IMG/VR virus record: IMGVR_UViG_3300044949_002468
Coordinates: 2,250 to 66,249 of that record
DNA length: 64,000 bases
Direction: 5' to 3' (one strand)
From: a virus
Shown here in pieces: positions 27,845 to 37,889 of this stretch (positions are counted from its first letter, which is position 1; the number at the start of each line of letters is the position of its first letter). Below the pieces are notes generated by a model, which was not told where the DNA came from, ran no database searches, and saw only the letters and a program-made list of their open reading frames with translations. Both the position numbers and the translations under genes were made by a program.

Positions 27845-29056
27845 TTATCCCACGAGCGACCCGGTAAAGATTGCGCCAACGGCCAGCCCTCCAGTGTCTA
27901 GCCAGACGCTCACATAATCATTTGCGTTTAGCTGGATATTCGCGGCCAGAGACATCGACGTATAGGCGGGGAAGCCGGGGGCAAGATTCACCTGATATTG
28001 GCTCGTTGTCGTTCTTAGAGCGGGCGAAAGAATGGCACTATTTACCCTGAACTGAACAGTGGTCCAAGCGGGTGCAGACGTAACATGAGTCATGCCGGTG
28101 AATAAAAAAGAGTAAACACCGGCTGCTGGTGCTGTAAATCGCCCGCTTGAGAAACTAAAGGCGCTGCCTCTGTTTAACGGGGCCGAGCCATATGTGATTT
28201 CTTGAGCAGTCGTCAGATGCGCGGAGGATACAGCCGTGAACGCAGGGTAATTGTTCGTTCCTGCTATCTCACTATAAGCAGTTCCGTTCCAGACATACAC
28301 TTTACCGTTGTCTGAGGTCACATACACAGAGCCACCTTGAGATACAGTAACACCTGTTGTAGGAAGAGCGGCGAAATTGGCTACGCTAACAAATATATCC
28401 AAGGCGTCTCGTTGCGCTTGTGCATTTGCGGCAAGCAACAAATTACGCCCGGCGGAAGTGCTGTCGCTGATATCGCTGGCGGCGTGAGTATGGGCTACCA
28501 CAAACGCATGGCGGTGATCAGCCCTAGCATACTGATCAGAAGTGCCAACGGCAGAAGTGGTGCCACCAACATCCGTCGGCGTGTTGATCGACGCGCTAGG
28601 GGCTCCTGCCGAAGGAGACACCTCGACGTAAGCCGAACCAGACCAGCGATAAATCTTGTTTGTATCTAAAGCCACGTAGATTTTGCCGCTCTCGCCACTC
28701 ACGCTTTGAATTGCCGCGACGTTGGCGTATTCCAGAATATCATCCACGTAGCTTGGGAGTTGGCTGGCCGGAACTTTTCCGCTCTCCAACGTGGCATAGG
28801 TTCCACTGGCTTGTTTTCCGTCGAGCGAGGTTTGCAGGTTCGTTACATCGCTGATGGCGTGCGCGTGCGCGGACGGGGTGAAGGTAGAAGGCTTGTTCGT
28901 CACCGCGCTCCAATCAACCGCCGTCGCCGATGAACCCGCTGGACCCTGCGGCCCCACCGTCGGAAAGCTAAACGTCGCATTGAGGCTGGCTCCGAGCAAC
29001 TCAGCCGTCTCCAAGGTCACACCACCCAGATCAAAATCGACGCGCAGAAAGTTCAT
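27845..29056 (-). CDS. Tail fibre protein with C-terminal C1q-like domain
   Basis: NKPSTFTPSAHAH; VPASQLPSYVDD..GKIYV..YRWSG; GRFTAPAAGVYSF..LNANDYV. Confidence 0.85.
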   Translation of the reverse strand: MNFLRVDFDLGGVTLETAELLGASLNATFSFPTVGPQGPAGSSATAVDWSAVTNKPSTFTPSAHAHAISDVTNLQTSLDGKQASGTYATLESGKVPASQLPSYVDDILEYANVAAIQSVSGESGKIYVALDTNKIYRWSGSAYVEVSPSAGAPSASINTPTDVGGTTSAVGTSDQYARADHRHAFVVAHTHAASDISDSTSAGRNLLLAANAQAQRDALDIFVSVANFAALPTTGVTVSQGGSVYVTSDNGKVYVWNGTAYSEIAGTNNYPAFTAVSSAHLTTAQEITYGSAPLNRGSAFSFSSGRFTAPAAGVYSFLFTGMTHVTSAPAWTTVQFRVNSAILSPALRTTTSQYQVNLAPGFPAYTSMSLAANIQLNANDYVSVWLDTGGLAVGAIFTGSLVG

Positions 29057-29059
29057 ACT

Positions 29060-29392
29060 TTAGGAGGCGGCCAGTGTTGCCACCGGGGGGATGTTAAGCG
29101 CACCACCCTGCAATGGCGCGGCGTAGCCCGCAGGACTCAGCGCCTTGAAGTCATAAACAAACACCCCCGCCTCCGCCGTGTCATTCTCGTCGATATGGAA
29201 TGAAACACTGGTGCCCATGGCCGGGGTAGCTATTTTCTGAAAAATAGCGGCGGCATCGAGGTCGTTCAGTGATCTTTTGGCTGTTAGCCAGAACTTCCAC
29301 CCCGACACAGCAAGCGGCGCTCCTCCCGCAGTAAAATGCGCCTCAAATAAAAAATCACTCCGGCGCGGGATCGTTAAGTCTCTTTGTATCAT
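29060..29392 (-). CDS. BppU-N-like tail/baseplate adaptor protein
   Basis: beta-rich; LTAKRS..D.AA, GVFVYD; GGAGG RBS. Confidence 0.65.
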   Translation of the reverse strand: MIQRDLTIPRRSDFLFEAHFTAGGAPLAVSGWKFWLTAKRSLNDLDAAAIFQKIATPAMGTSVSFHIDENDTAEAGVFVYDFKALSPAGYAAPLQGGALNIPPVATLAAS

Positions 29393-29422
29393 GTGCCTCC
29401 CCCAACTTGTTTGCAGTGTCAA

Positions 29423-29998
29423 TCAGAACCGAAGAACGCCCGCCATCTTCACATTGGTGATTCCCATCGCATGGTTCTCCGCATCCTTTCGGAAGCGGAT
29501 CGTGATCTGCGATCCAGGCCTTACCCTCGCTTCAAGCTGCACTTCGCGCGGCGCGCTACGATTGCCAGAGACAACTCCAGTAGCCACCACAGCATCGTCC
29601 TCAAGAATTTGGTGGGTCATGCTATAGACAGTATAAGCCGGGTTGGGAAACGGATTGTCCACGTAGAACTTTAGTGCGACGACACCGCAGCAACTACGGC
29701 CAACGGCCTGTTGGAAAAACACAGAATTGGGCGGCTCGCGCGTAAGCGTGTGCAGATTTGCAAACAACATATTGCCAAACTCGCGCACATTGAAGACCGA
29801 CCTAATACCGGCCCACCCATAAGGAACCCCCTCATACCAGCCTATCGCGGGCTGGCCATTGAAGATCGGATGCCGGATCAGCCCGGTGAGATTCTGGAAA
29901 TCGCCGTTAATGACCGGATTACAGCGCCCCATCAAAACTCGTCCGCCCACAATCGGCACTCGAGGGCTTGGCACTGTGCATACTTTTACGGTGTCCAT
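29423..29998 (-). CDS. Tail-associated carbohydrate-binding-like protein
   Basis: VINGDF motif; position in the tail module. Confidence 0.55.
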   Translation of the reverse strand: MDTVKVCTVPSPRVPIVGGRVLMGRCNPVINGDFQNLTGLIRHPIFNGQPAIGWYEGVPYGWAGIRSVFNVREFGNMLFANLHTLTREPPNSVFFQQAVGRSCCGVVALKFYVDNPFPNPAYTVYSMTHQILEDDAVVATGVVSGNRSAPREVQLEARVRPGSQITIRFRKDAENHAMGITNVKMAGVLRF

Positions 29999-30046
29999 TG
30001 CTCCCTGGTGCTACAATCCCCGCGGATGACCGCAGGGCATTGGTCA

Positions 30047-30652
30047 TCATAGCTCGTAAACAGAAGTAATAATCCCGTTGACCACTTGGACGGCCATAGT
30101 GACGTTCCCGTTTTCCGGGTCAGGCATGTAGAATGTGCCAGTGAAAAGATTTGTGCTCAAAGCCAACGCGCGCATCATCCCGACGTTCGACGTATTGGTC
30201 AGCGCCGGAAGCCCCAGCCCCAGATTCGTTCTTGTCCCGGCAATGTTTGCTCCGCTGTTAAAGGTAATCGCCGAGCCTGCCCCTACGGTAAAACTTCCGC
30301 TGAAACCGCCCGTGAAATCTGTTGCTGCCACCGAATTGCTGAAAATTTGCAGTCCGGAGACCCCGCCGACCACCGCCACGATCCGATCCGGCCCCTGCGT
30401 GTGCATAAATCCGGTATTCGTCGCGGCGATCTTGATCGCAGGATTGGTCAGCGCCCCGCCGCCAAACACCCCCAGCATGACCCCGTTCGTATTGGTCAGC
30501 ACCGCACTGGTCGAGGGCGCATTGGCCCAGAAATTGGTCGGACTCACCACCACGCCATTGGTGTTCACCATGACCGACCGCGCAACCGTCTGGGCATGGC
30601 CACAACAAAGCGCAGCCATTAGCACATAAGAGATCAAAAGCAGTCTTTTCAT
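30047..30652 (-). CDS. Tail-region protein with signal-peptide-like N-terminus
   Basis: MKRLLL..AHAQ; T/N/G-rich; RTNLGLG fibre motif. Confidence 0.7.
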   Translation of the reverse strand: MKRLLLISYVLMAALCCGHAQTVARSVMVNTNGVVVSPTNFWANAPSTSAVLTNTNGVMLGVFGGGALTNPAIKIAATNTGFMHTQGPDRIVAVVGGVSGLQIFSNSVAATDFTGGFSGSFTVGAGSAITFNSGANIAGTRTNLGLGLPALTNTSNVGMMRALALSTNLFTGTFYMPDPENGNVTMAVQVVNGIITSVYEL

Positions 30653-31344
30653 AAAGGTCGTGTTTCGATCGTGTAGACCCCTCCTTCAACAACTGGAACG
30701 AGCCGCACCCACGCTACTCCGTCGGCTGACAACTCTAGACTTCCATCAGATCCAAGCCTCGCTCTTGAGGTCGCAAACTTCATAGAGTCAAAAGCCTGCT
30801 TGGTGCGCAAGGGGGTCATCCATGTCGTATTGTTTGTCCCATTTTGAGATTGAGCCTGTGTGGCCTTGAGATCGACTTCAGCGACAGGAAGAATGGTATT
30901 AGGGCGGATGATATCATTCGCCACGATCACGTTGAACGTCGCGCTCGTTATCACGGAGTGATCCTGCTCTACGCTGACTTCGGCGATTAGAGCCACACTC
31001 TCAGGCTCCTCAGCAAACAGTGCATTTAGTTCGACCGTGTTAAGATTCAGATCAAAAACGTAAACCCTGCCCGAGCCGAAGCCCGATACAGTCCAATCGC
31101 TAGCTACGGCGACATAACCCGCCGCGGCAACAATACCCGCAGGGCCAGGGCGGATCCCCAGACTCCTTTTCAAAGCCAACATTCCTTGGGCCGTCTCCGG
31201 TAATTCAATGTTGATACCATCGACCCTAAAGACGGCCTCAACTCGCAATCGGTCTGCGCGCTTGACCCGCCGCGCCGTGGCGCCGCCAAGCCCCCCGTTC
31301 CAATCCGTCACCGCGCCGGTATCCAAGTCGATGGCCAGTTTCAC
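30649..31344 (-). CDS. Tail adaptor/fibre protein
   Basis: GTNNTTWMTPLRTKQA fibre motif; TTGACA-N14-GTG. Confidence 0.75.
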   Translation of the reverse strand: MKLAIDLDTGAVTDWNGGLGGATARRVKRADRLRVEAVFRVDGINIELPETAQGMLALKRSLGIRPGPAGIVAAAGYVAVASDWTVSGFGSGRVYVFDLNLNTVELNALFAEEPESVALIAEVSVEQDHSVITSATFNVIVANDIIRPNTILPVAEVDLKATQAQSQNGTNNTTWMTPLRTKQAFDSMKFATSRARLGSDGSLELSADGVAWVRLVPVVEGGVYTIETRPL

Positions 31345-31391
31345 CAGACCAAGCTACCTGTCAATTTAGGTATTCGGTTCGAGCCAGACTG

Positions 31392-32159
31392 CTACGGAGT
31401 CCATGTCTCACCCGAGCTACAATCTGCCCCCGGCACCGCGGCGTAGAACTGGCCGTCCTTCACATAGAGAAAGCCATCCTCCACCGGCAACATCGCCTTG
31501 ATCCACTCGTCAAACAAAGCCCGAATCTCAGTCACAGAAGGTCCACCACCACCACCGCCGCCACCGCCGCCGCCACCGCCGCCGCCACCGCCACCGCCGC
31601 CGCCACCGCCACCGCCGCCGCCACCGCCACCGCCGCCGCCACCGCCACCGCCGCCGCCACCGCCGCCACCGCCACCGCCGCCACCTGGGGCGGAGATCCG
31701 TGGCGAGATGTAGCCGAATTCCATGACTACCGGCATCGACTGGGACGAGTATGTCTTGCCTCCCAACGTCCACTCCAACTCGGTCACGCAAGATAGAGAC
31801 TCATCGACCCGAATTCCCTCTGCGTTGGCGGAAAGAGCAGCAATGTCTGGCTCGATAACAAAGTAAGGATGATCTTCATCCGTGAAAGCCTGTGGCTCAT
31901 CAAGAGTCTGTGAAGCTACTATCTCCATGTTACGCCCGTCTCGAAGCGTCCACGTTAGGCTGTCGACGGACGATCGCGCCGTGTCATTGGTATCAAAAAG
32001 CAACACCAACAGTTTGAAATAATTGCCGCTTCGCAGACGCAATGTGCCGTTTTCGCTCAACGTGCTGCGCAGGAAGCCGCCCCGCATTTCAGCCTGCAAG
32101 TCGATAAATGACCACAACTGGCCAACCCAGGGAGCCCGAGCTGCGGCAACGGCGTCCAT
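31392..32159 (-). CDS. Tail protein with a 48-residue poly-Gly tract
   Basis: N-domain homologous to the C-domain of 32168..34138; Gly codons span 31542-31685. Confidence 0.7.
   Translation of the reverse strand: MDAVAAARAPWVGQLWSFIDLQAEMRGGFLRSTLSENGTLRLRSGNYFKLLVLLFDTNDTARSSVDSLTWTLRDGRNMEIVASQTLDEPQAFTDEDHPYFVIEPDIAALSANAEGIRVDESLSCVTELEWTLGGKTYSSQSMPVVMEFGYISPRISAPGGGGGGGGGGGGGGGGGGGGGGGGGGGGGGGGGGGGGGGGGGGGGGGGPSVTEIRALFDEWIKAMLPVEDGFLYVKDGQFYAAVPGADCSSGETWTP
31542..31685 (-). repeat. GGC/GGT trinucleotide repeat (poly-Gly)
   Basis: 144 nt of Gly codons, largely an 18-nt period. Confidence 0.95.
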
Positions 32160-32167
32160 GGCAGCAA

Positions 32168-34138
32168 CTAGGGGCGAGAGACATCCAACTCCAGATGAAC
32201 CGGGAAGGTGCGGCTAGAGTAGACTTTGTTGTCCTTGGTCCATTCGACATCAGCAGCGCACAACAGAGGTTCGTTCTTCGCGTTTTCCTCGGCCCATTCA
32301 AGCACGACCTCCCGTTCTGCCGCACCGGTGACGACTTCCATTAAATAGTAAGGCGTCTGCTCTTGAAACGAGGCCGATCCAAAGGCGACAGTTTTCTCAA
32401 GCAACACATCATCCAAATTGTCAGCCTTGCGCACCGACAGGCGCAACTGACTTGGAGCCAATTCAAAGATTGAATCCGACGCATCGACAAAAAAGATACC
32501 AAGATTAACGGTGTCGCCGATCTTCATTCGCAGGGCCCCATCTTCAAATAGAGTGCTCTGCACGACCTTACTTCTTGCTTGCACCTGAAGATCGGTAATT
32601 TCCCACTGATTCAGCAACCACGGCGCGCGCAGGATCGCATCATCGTTGTCCTCTACCGCTTCACCAGTAATGATGAATTTGATTGTGAAAGGGATACTCT
32701 GAAGGTGGTTTGACGCGGGCACGGAAATAGCCGTGATCGAGGCCAAGTATGACCCCGGGCGCCGATACGTTCCGGCGATCAATCCCTCGGAAGATATGCT
32801 CAAGCCCGGTGGCAGCCCAACAGCAGTCCATGTGGCCGGTGACGGCGTAGCTTGCAGGGCTAGATTTACCGTCTCCCCCACTATACCCAAAGTCCCATCA
32901 CGACTGATCGAGGCGTTGGAGGAAATAATCGTTCGCACAGGCGTGATGATCGTCAGCACGCAGGTATGATCACGAAAATTGACGGCATCCCGGGCGGCAC
33001 GCAGATTGATGCTGAACGTGCCACTGGAGGGGGGCGTCCCCACCATGGCCGTGCCGAAGAAAGGCCTTATAATTGTCTGCACCGGAGTTCCCGGCGCCCC
33101 TGGCGGCGGGCTGTCGTCTTGGATCCGTAGCCAGCCTGGGTTATTCAGAATAGTCCAATTCGCCGCATAATTGGATGTCAGCTGCACGGTGATTTCTTCT
33201 CCCGTTTTGCCATTGGCAGACGATGGCACGCTGGTTGTCCATGGCGCGACGGGCGGAGGCGCTAGCATACTTATATTCCCGCGAAATCCGTCATCATTAG
33301 GCTCCAGCCTGTAGAAATACTGCGCCAATCCCCCAAATTGTCCGGGCCCGACAAACTCCTGGTGCACAGTAAGCGAAGACATCGACCGGCGATTCACGTT
33401 TGCCACGAGTTGAGTTCCAGCTGGCTCAGTAGGAAGCGAGGTCGTTAACGCATTCACCGGAATGGAGACATTACCAACACTGATGTTTCCCTGCGGAGTT
33501 ATTTTTTGCCATGAAACCCAGTCAGGCGACACGAAGTTTCCGACGTAAGTGGAATTGACGACCAGTTGTTGTGCCTCGCTCGACTGCCACGGAGCGCCTG
33601 AGTAACCAATCAGATTCAACTGATCGTTTGTCACCGACATAACCCCAGCATTGAGTGTCGCGGCCCGCGTCGGATGGATGCCATATTCAGCCACAGTCGG
33701 TGTCGAAAGTGCTCCCGAATCCGAAACATTGGTCAGCGTAATGCGAACACCGAAAGGAGCCTGTGACGCAAATAGGCCGGATCCGGCGTTCCAAAAAATA
33801 GAACCCGCGGATCCATACAGCTGTGCGGCAGTTACGCCCCAAATACGTCCTCTGAATTGGTTTACACCCGCTACTGACGTATCCAAGTAAGCAGTAGAAT
33901 ACGTAAGCCACGAAAAACCCGAAGAAGTCCCATTCGACGTAGCCCCCCTCATCAAATCGACCTTAACTTTCGTGTAATGCGGCGATACGACTGCATCGCT
34001 CCAAGCGATCGTTACGTCCAAAAACACGCTGCGATAATATGCGGGGAAAGACCTATCGTTAATACGAACGCCGTCCATACGCTCCAAGACGCGTATGGGA
34101 TCGGTCAGCGTAATGTTACTCGGAGCGGCGATTGACAT
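32168..34138 (-). CDS. Tail protein with putative Ig (He_PIG-like) domains
   Basis: GLPPGLSISSEGLIAGT; GTPPSSGTF. Confidence 0.75.
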   Translation of the reverse strand: MSIAAPSNITLTDPIRVLERMDGVRINDRSFPAYYRSVFLDVTIAWSDAVVSPHYTKVKVDLMRGATSNGTSSGFSWLTYSTAYLDTSVAGVNQFRGRIWGVTAAQLYGSAGSIFWNAGSGLFASQAPFGVRITLTNVSDSGALSTPTVAEYGIHPTRAATLNAGVMSVTNDQLNLIGYSGAPWQSSEAQQLVVNSTYVGNFVSPDWVSWQKITPQGNISVGNVSIPVNALTTSLPTEPAGTQLVANVNRRSMSSLTVHQEFVGPGQFGGLAQYFYRLEPNDDGFRGNISMLAPPPVAPWTTSVPSSANGKTGEEITVQLTSNYAANWTILNNPGWLRIQDDSPPPGAPGTPVQTIIRPFFGTAMVGTPPSSGTFSINLRAARDAVNFRDHTCVLTIITPVRTIISSNASISRDGTLGIVGETVNLALQATPSPATWTAVGLPPGLSISSEGLIAGTYRRPGSYLASITAISVPASNHLQSIPFTIKFIITGEAVEDNDDAILRAPWLLNQWEITDLQVQARSKVVQSTLFEDGALRMKIGDTVNLGIFFVDASDSIFELAPSQLRLSVRKADNLDDVLLEKTVAFGSASFQEQTPYYLMEVVTGAAEREVVLEWAEENAKNEPLLCAADVEWTKDNKVYSSRTFPVHLELDVSRP

Positions 34139-34140
34139 AA

Positions 34141-34902
34141 CTATTTGGTGCCGAGATGCAGGTAATAGGCCACATACCCACGAGGATCGCGGACATCATT
34201 TTGCGTGTCGAAGTAGGAAAGCCGGATGCGTAGTACAAAATAAGGATTGGTCGGCAACTGCGCGGCTATCGCCCCGACTGCTTTATCATAGCGGATAATG
34301 TCGCCGCTGAACCCCTCCTCCGTGGGGCTCAAGCGCTCCCGCGTGAGCTTCACCCCGAAATTGTGTGTAGAGACCACATCGGTAATGTGCAACTGCTGCT
34401 CGATCAGCGGCTCGCGCCAGACATATCCATCTAAGTTCGGGCCGACCGGTGCGGGCGAAGCTTGCTCCGTGCGCATACCAATCTCCCACACCATGCTCCA
34501 GACCACATCCGTGTTATTGGAAAACAGCCTCACTTGCAGCGTGCGCAGCAAAGTGAACGTGCTGCCCAAAGTCAGGGCTTGCGGCGTGAAGGCGATGGTA
34601 AAAAGTGTGCGCGAGAAAGCCCGAGGATAGTAGGAATTGGTCTGTTTGTATCGCTGGAGCGGATACCACAACCGGCCATCGCATCCGAAATGCTCGCCGG
34701 GTTGAACTCTTTGCGGCGGCCAGCTCTTGAAGGCTGGCAAGACGATGCTTTCATTGCGCCCATTCACCATGACCACGGAAGACCCCAGCGCGGGCGCGGC
34801 GGTGCCGAGATGCACTTCTGCTGTTGCATCATGAATGGCCGGAAGCAGCCCCAAGGCCGGCTGAGGCAAGGCCTCGATTTCACTCATGGATTCGATGATC
34901 AT
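34141..34902 (-). CDS. Tail protein, paralog of the C-terminal domain of 34899..37667
   Basis: Shared LLPA, DGR.Y, YP, VLR.RL..FD and DPRG.VA. Confidence 0.75.
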   Translation of the reverse strand: MIIESMSEIEALPQPALGLLPAIHDATAEVHLGTAAPALGSSVVMVNGRNESIVLPAFKSWPPQRVQPGEHFGCDGRLWYPLQRYKQTNSYYPRAFSRTLFTIAFTPQALTLGSTFTLLRTLQVRLFSNNTDVVWSMVWEIGMRTEQASPAPVGPNLDGYVWREPLIEQQLHITDVVSTHNFGVKLTRERLSPTEEGFSGDIIRYDKAVGAIAAQLPTNPYFVLRIRLSYFDTQNDVRDPRGYVAYYLHLGTK

Positions 34903-37667
34903 AGCTTTTGCCGGATGCTCAGTTTTGAACTGGGTGCGATCAGAGCCACTTGCCCCCGAGGATCAAATATCTCGTCGCTCTCGTCCGCAAAGGCATCATC
35001 AATGTCAAAACCCGTCAGGCGGAGGCGCAAAACCGCAGGCAGCGGAAACGAGCTTCCATCCGCAGCCTTGCCGTAAGCCTGCCAACTCGTGCTGGGACCT
35101 GTTGCCTCCCTGAGAATAGAAAGCGACCAATTAAACATTTCCATACTTGATGAAAGCCCGATGCGCGTATTACCAAGCGTGATCGGAGTTCCCGCTGGCC
35201 CAACAAAACGGCTGGTTCCGATTAGCGGAAGCGCTTCGCAGCGCAGAAAATACTGGCCCCCGAAATCGACTCTACCGATCCCTCTCGCATCGTCATCAAA
35301 GAAACTGCCCAGCATCCGAATCCGGATTTCGCCGCTTGCGGCGAGGATCGCACCAAGCGGGAACTGGTCCTCGGTCAAAACGACACGCCAAAGCTCTCGA
35401 TCCATCTCCAGCGGATAAAAGGTCTTTGCTTCTTCATCCCGATAAACCCGGTAATAGCATCGGCCATCAGCCGCGAAGTAACTCCCTGCTGGCGCCCACT
35501 GCGACTTCCGGCCGCCCCCAGCCGGAAGCATGAATCCTGGCGTGGCGCCGCCGCCGTGAACCTTGTAGACGACAGGGGAGCGCGTCGATCCGCCCATCGA
35601 AGGCAATGAAACGACGACCTGAGGCTCGCTCGCCGAGCCTTGAAAAGTGACAAGACCGCTGTTGCTGCCAAAATACTGATTGCCGCCGAAGGAAACGGCG
35701 GAGCCGTAATAAACCGCCGGAAGCAAATACGGCCATCGCCCCGCTTTTTCCATCGAAGCGGAGCGCATCGGCCAGCTCTCCGGTTGAGCCGGTTCCTCAG
35801 GCGTTGCTTCGACCAATACATTGCCCTTGTCATCCACCTCGGCTTTCTTGCCCTTGCTGGCCACGCTGCCAATACCCGGAAGGAGGGCGCGATAAAGAAC
35901 CCCCGGCGGCAGGGCATCTGGATCATCCGCCGCCGCTTCAGCAGCCGCCACCGCCTCTGTCTCTTGCGCGGCAACATCCGTGCCCGCGGGCGCCTCGGTT
36001 GTGCCTTTTTCGTTGGTAATGACTATCTGCGAGGCGAGAGTTCCCTCGGCATCCACAGAGGCCACGTCTGGCAGGATCTCTCCCACATTAGGCAACTCGA
36101 AGCTGATCATCGGCTGCCCGCTGGTCACCCCTGCAACACCTTCGCTCGGTAGCATCTCCTCCAACACGGCAATGCGCAGCAACATAGCGTCTAACAAATC
36201 TTTCAGCCCAATGATCTGCTCCTGCGTATGAGTGTGAGGCTCCCAATCCCTGGCCGATGAAGCCGCCTGCACTGAGACGATCATCGAATTGGGCGCGGGC
36301 ACCGATGCTGTTCCGAACGACAGAGCCACCGAGTTAGTCCCCTCGATGCGCGCGGTGAAATCTACCCCTTCGGTCAGCGTCTCCCACTCTTGAGTGTTCC
36401 GGCGCACCGAGAGATTCGAAAGCGCCGCAGTATTGAGGCCGTGGTCGATAACAAAGTTGCGCGTCTGCCCATCTCCAAAAACCGCTTGATAGGCCTGAGG
36501 CCCGGTCACCACCTGCTGAGGAGTGAAGGGCACATAGTCCGGTGGATTCAAGCGCAACCAATCCACGCTGGGCGCTTCGGCCATGTAGGGCATGATCTGC
36601 GGGCGCAAGATCGTCAGATTCGTCTGCCAGAGCTTGCGGGTCATGACCCCTTGGGTGGGATCGTTCGGATCGTTGTAGAAGTCGGCCTCGGCCTCGAACG
36701 GCACCGTGATGCTTGGTTGGTCTCGCAAGGCGAAAAACATCTCCGCGCGATCAAGGGGCAGCTCGAACGTCCAATCGCCGGGCGGGGCGGAAAAAACAAC
36801 CACCTCTAGCTCTTCAACATCCGTTCCTGCCAAATCTCCAACGAATTCTATGTGCGCGACATCATTAAAAGGATTAGTCACCTCAACCGAACCCACGCGG
36901 CCGGTCGGCAAATTCAGCATGTCATTGATCGCCTGCTGGATCTGGGGCGCACCATCGTCGATGTCCAGCAAGCTGGTCTTCGCATATTGACCATACCTAA
37001 TCTGGTAAACTCCTCGGAAAAGCCGCGGAATTCTCAACTCCTGTATCTCGTTCCAGAATACAGTGTTAGACGAGTCCGCACCGCCATTGACCAGCGTTCG
37101 GATCGTCGGCGGGTCCGGCATCACCTGAGCCGCTGAATCAGAAAAGGCATAAGGAGCGACCACCAAGCGCAGCTCGTAGGACCATTCTCCATCGGTTTGC
37201 ACACCCGTAAACCGGACAAAACTCACCGGCACCAGCCGGTTGGCATTCACCGACAGCACCTCTTCGGCCCCATCGGTGCGGCGAATCATGACGCCGCCGC
37301 CTACATCCATACAAACAAAGGCGCTTTGCTTGCCGGTCAAAGCATTGAGCGCCGCAGCGATGTCCACGGCCCTGGATGCGGGCGAAAGAAAAGTGGTCGT
37401 GTTGACCCCCACTTGCGTGGCCCCAAGACCAATCTTGATGCGGTAAACCCCACTAAGTGGACGTTGATCCACCGGCCCGACGCCCACTCGCAGCGCCGCT
37501 AAAGCCTGATCCTTTTCCACAAATTGGTTCTCTATGAACTCTAAAAACCTCAGTCCATAGCTCAACGTGCCTCCGGCCACCACCGACGGAAAGGCAAGCG
37601 GATCTCCCGACAGTGAACCTACCGCCCGCCCATTAAAAAGGTCGACATAGAACACGTTGGCGCTCAC
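34899..37667 (-). CDS. Large tail tip/baseplate protein
   Basis: 922 aa; IDHGLNT and HTHTQEQIIGL fibre motifs; start moved to GTG after TTGACT-N15. Confidence 0.8.
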   Translation of the reverse strand: MSANVFYVDLFNGRAVGSLSGDPLAFPSVVAGGTLSYGLRFLEFIENQFVEKDQALAALRVGVGPVDQRPLSGVYRIKIGLGATQVGVNTTTFLSPASRAVDIAAALNALTGKQSAFVCMDVGGGVMIRRTDGAEEVLSVNANRLVPVSFVRFTGVQTDGEWSYELRLVVAPYAFSDSAAQVMPDPPTIRTLVNGGADSSNTVFWNEIQELRIPRLFRGVYQIRYGQYAKTSLLDIDDGAPQIQQAINDMLNLPTGRVGSVEVTNPFNDVAHIEFVGDLAGTDVEELEVVVFSAPPGDWTFELPLDRAEMFFALRDQPSITVPFEAEADFYNDPNDPTQGVMTRKLWQTNLTILRPQIMPYMAEAPSVDWLRLNPPDYVPFTPQQVVTGPQAYQAVFGDGQTRNFVIDHGLNTAALSNLSVRRNTQEWETLTEGVDFTARIEGTNSVALSFGTASVPAPNSMIVSVQAASSARDWEPHTHTQEQIIGLKDLLDAMLLRIAVLEEMLPSEGVAGVTSGQPMISFELPNVGEILPDVASVDAEGTLASQIVITNEKGTTEAPAGTDVAAQETEAVAAAEAAADDPDALPPGVLYRALLPGIGSVASKGKKAEVDDKGNVLVEATPEEPAQPESWPMRSASMEKAGRWPYLLPAVYYGSAVSFGGNQYFGSNSGLVTFQGSASEPQVVVSLPSMGGSTRSPVVYKVHGGGATPGFMLPAGGGRKSQWAPAGSYFAADGRCYYRVYRDEEAKTFYPLEMDRELWRVVLTEDQFPLGAILAASGEIRIRMLGSFFDDDARGIGRVDFGGQYFLRCEALPLIGTSRFVGPAGTPITLGNTRIGLSSSMEMFNWSLSILREATGPSTSWQAYGKAADGSSFPLPAVLRLRLTGFDIDDAFADESDEIFDPRGQVALIAPSSKLSIRQKL

Positions 37668-37697
37668 TGAACACCGCGCCGCAGTCAACTTTTGAGG

Positions 37698-37889
37698 TCA
37701 ACCCCGAGGTGGGGGCGGCGCGTCCGATGGTTCGGCGAAAAAAAACAGATCGTCGAAGCCCACCACCTCATACGGGAATACCGGCTGCAACGGAGCCAGA
37801 CCGTCCGGATCAGTGTTTAGATCCCGCAGACGGCGCTCCTTGTTCAGACCATAGCCGTCTGAAAGCATGAGTGAGCTAATGTCGGCCAT
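37698..37889 (-). CDS. Small tail-region protein
   Basis: ORF abutting the upstream stop. Confidence 0.55.
   Translation of the reverse strand: MADISSLMLSDGYGLNKERRLRDLNTDPDGLAPLQPVFPYEVVGFDDLFFFAEPSDAPPPPRG

Noticed and set aside
31498-31791. Poly-Pro or Arg/Trp-repeat ORFs
   Set aside because: Alternative frames of the poly-Gly tract. The Gly frame has domain homology to the neighbouring gene.
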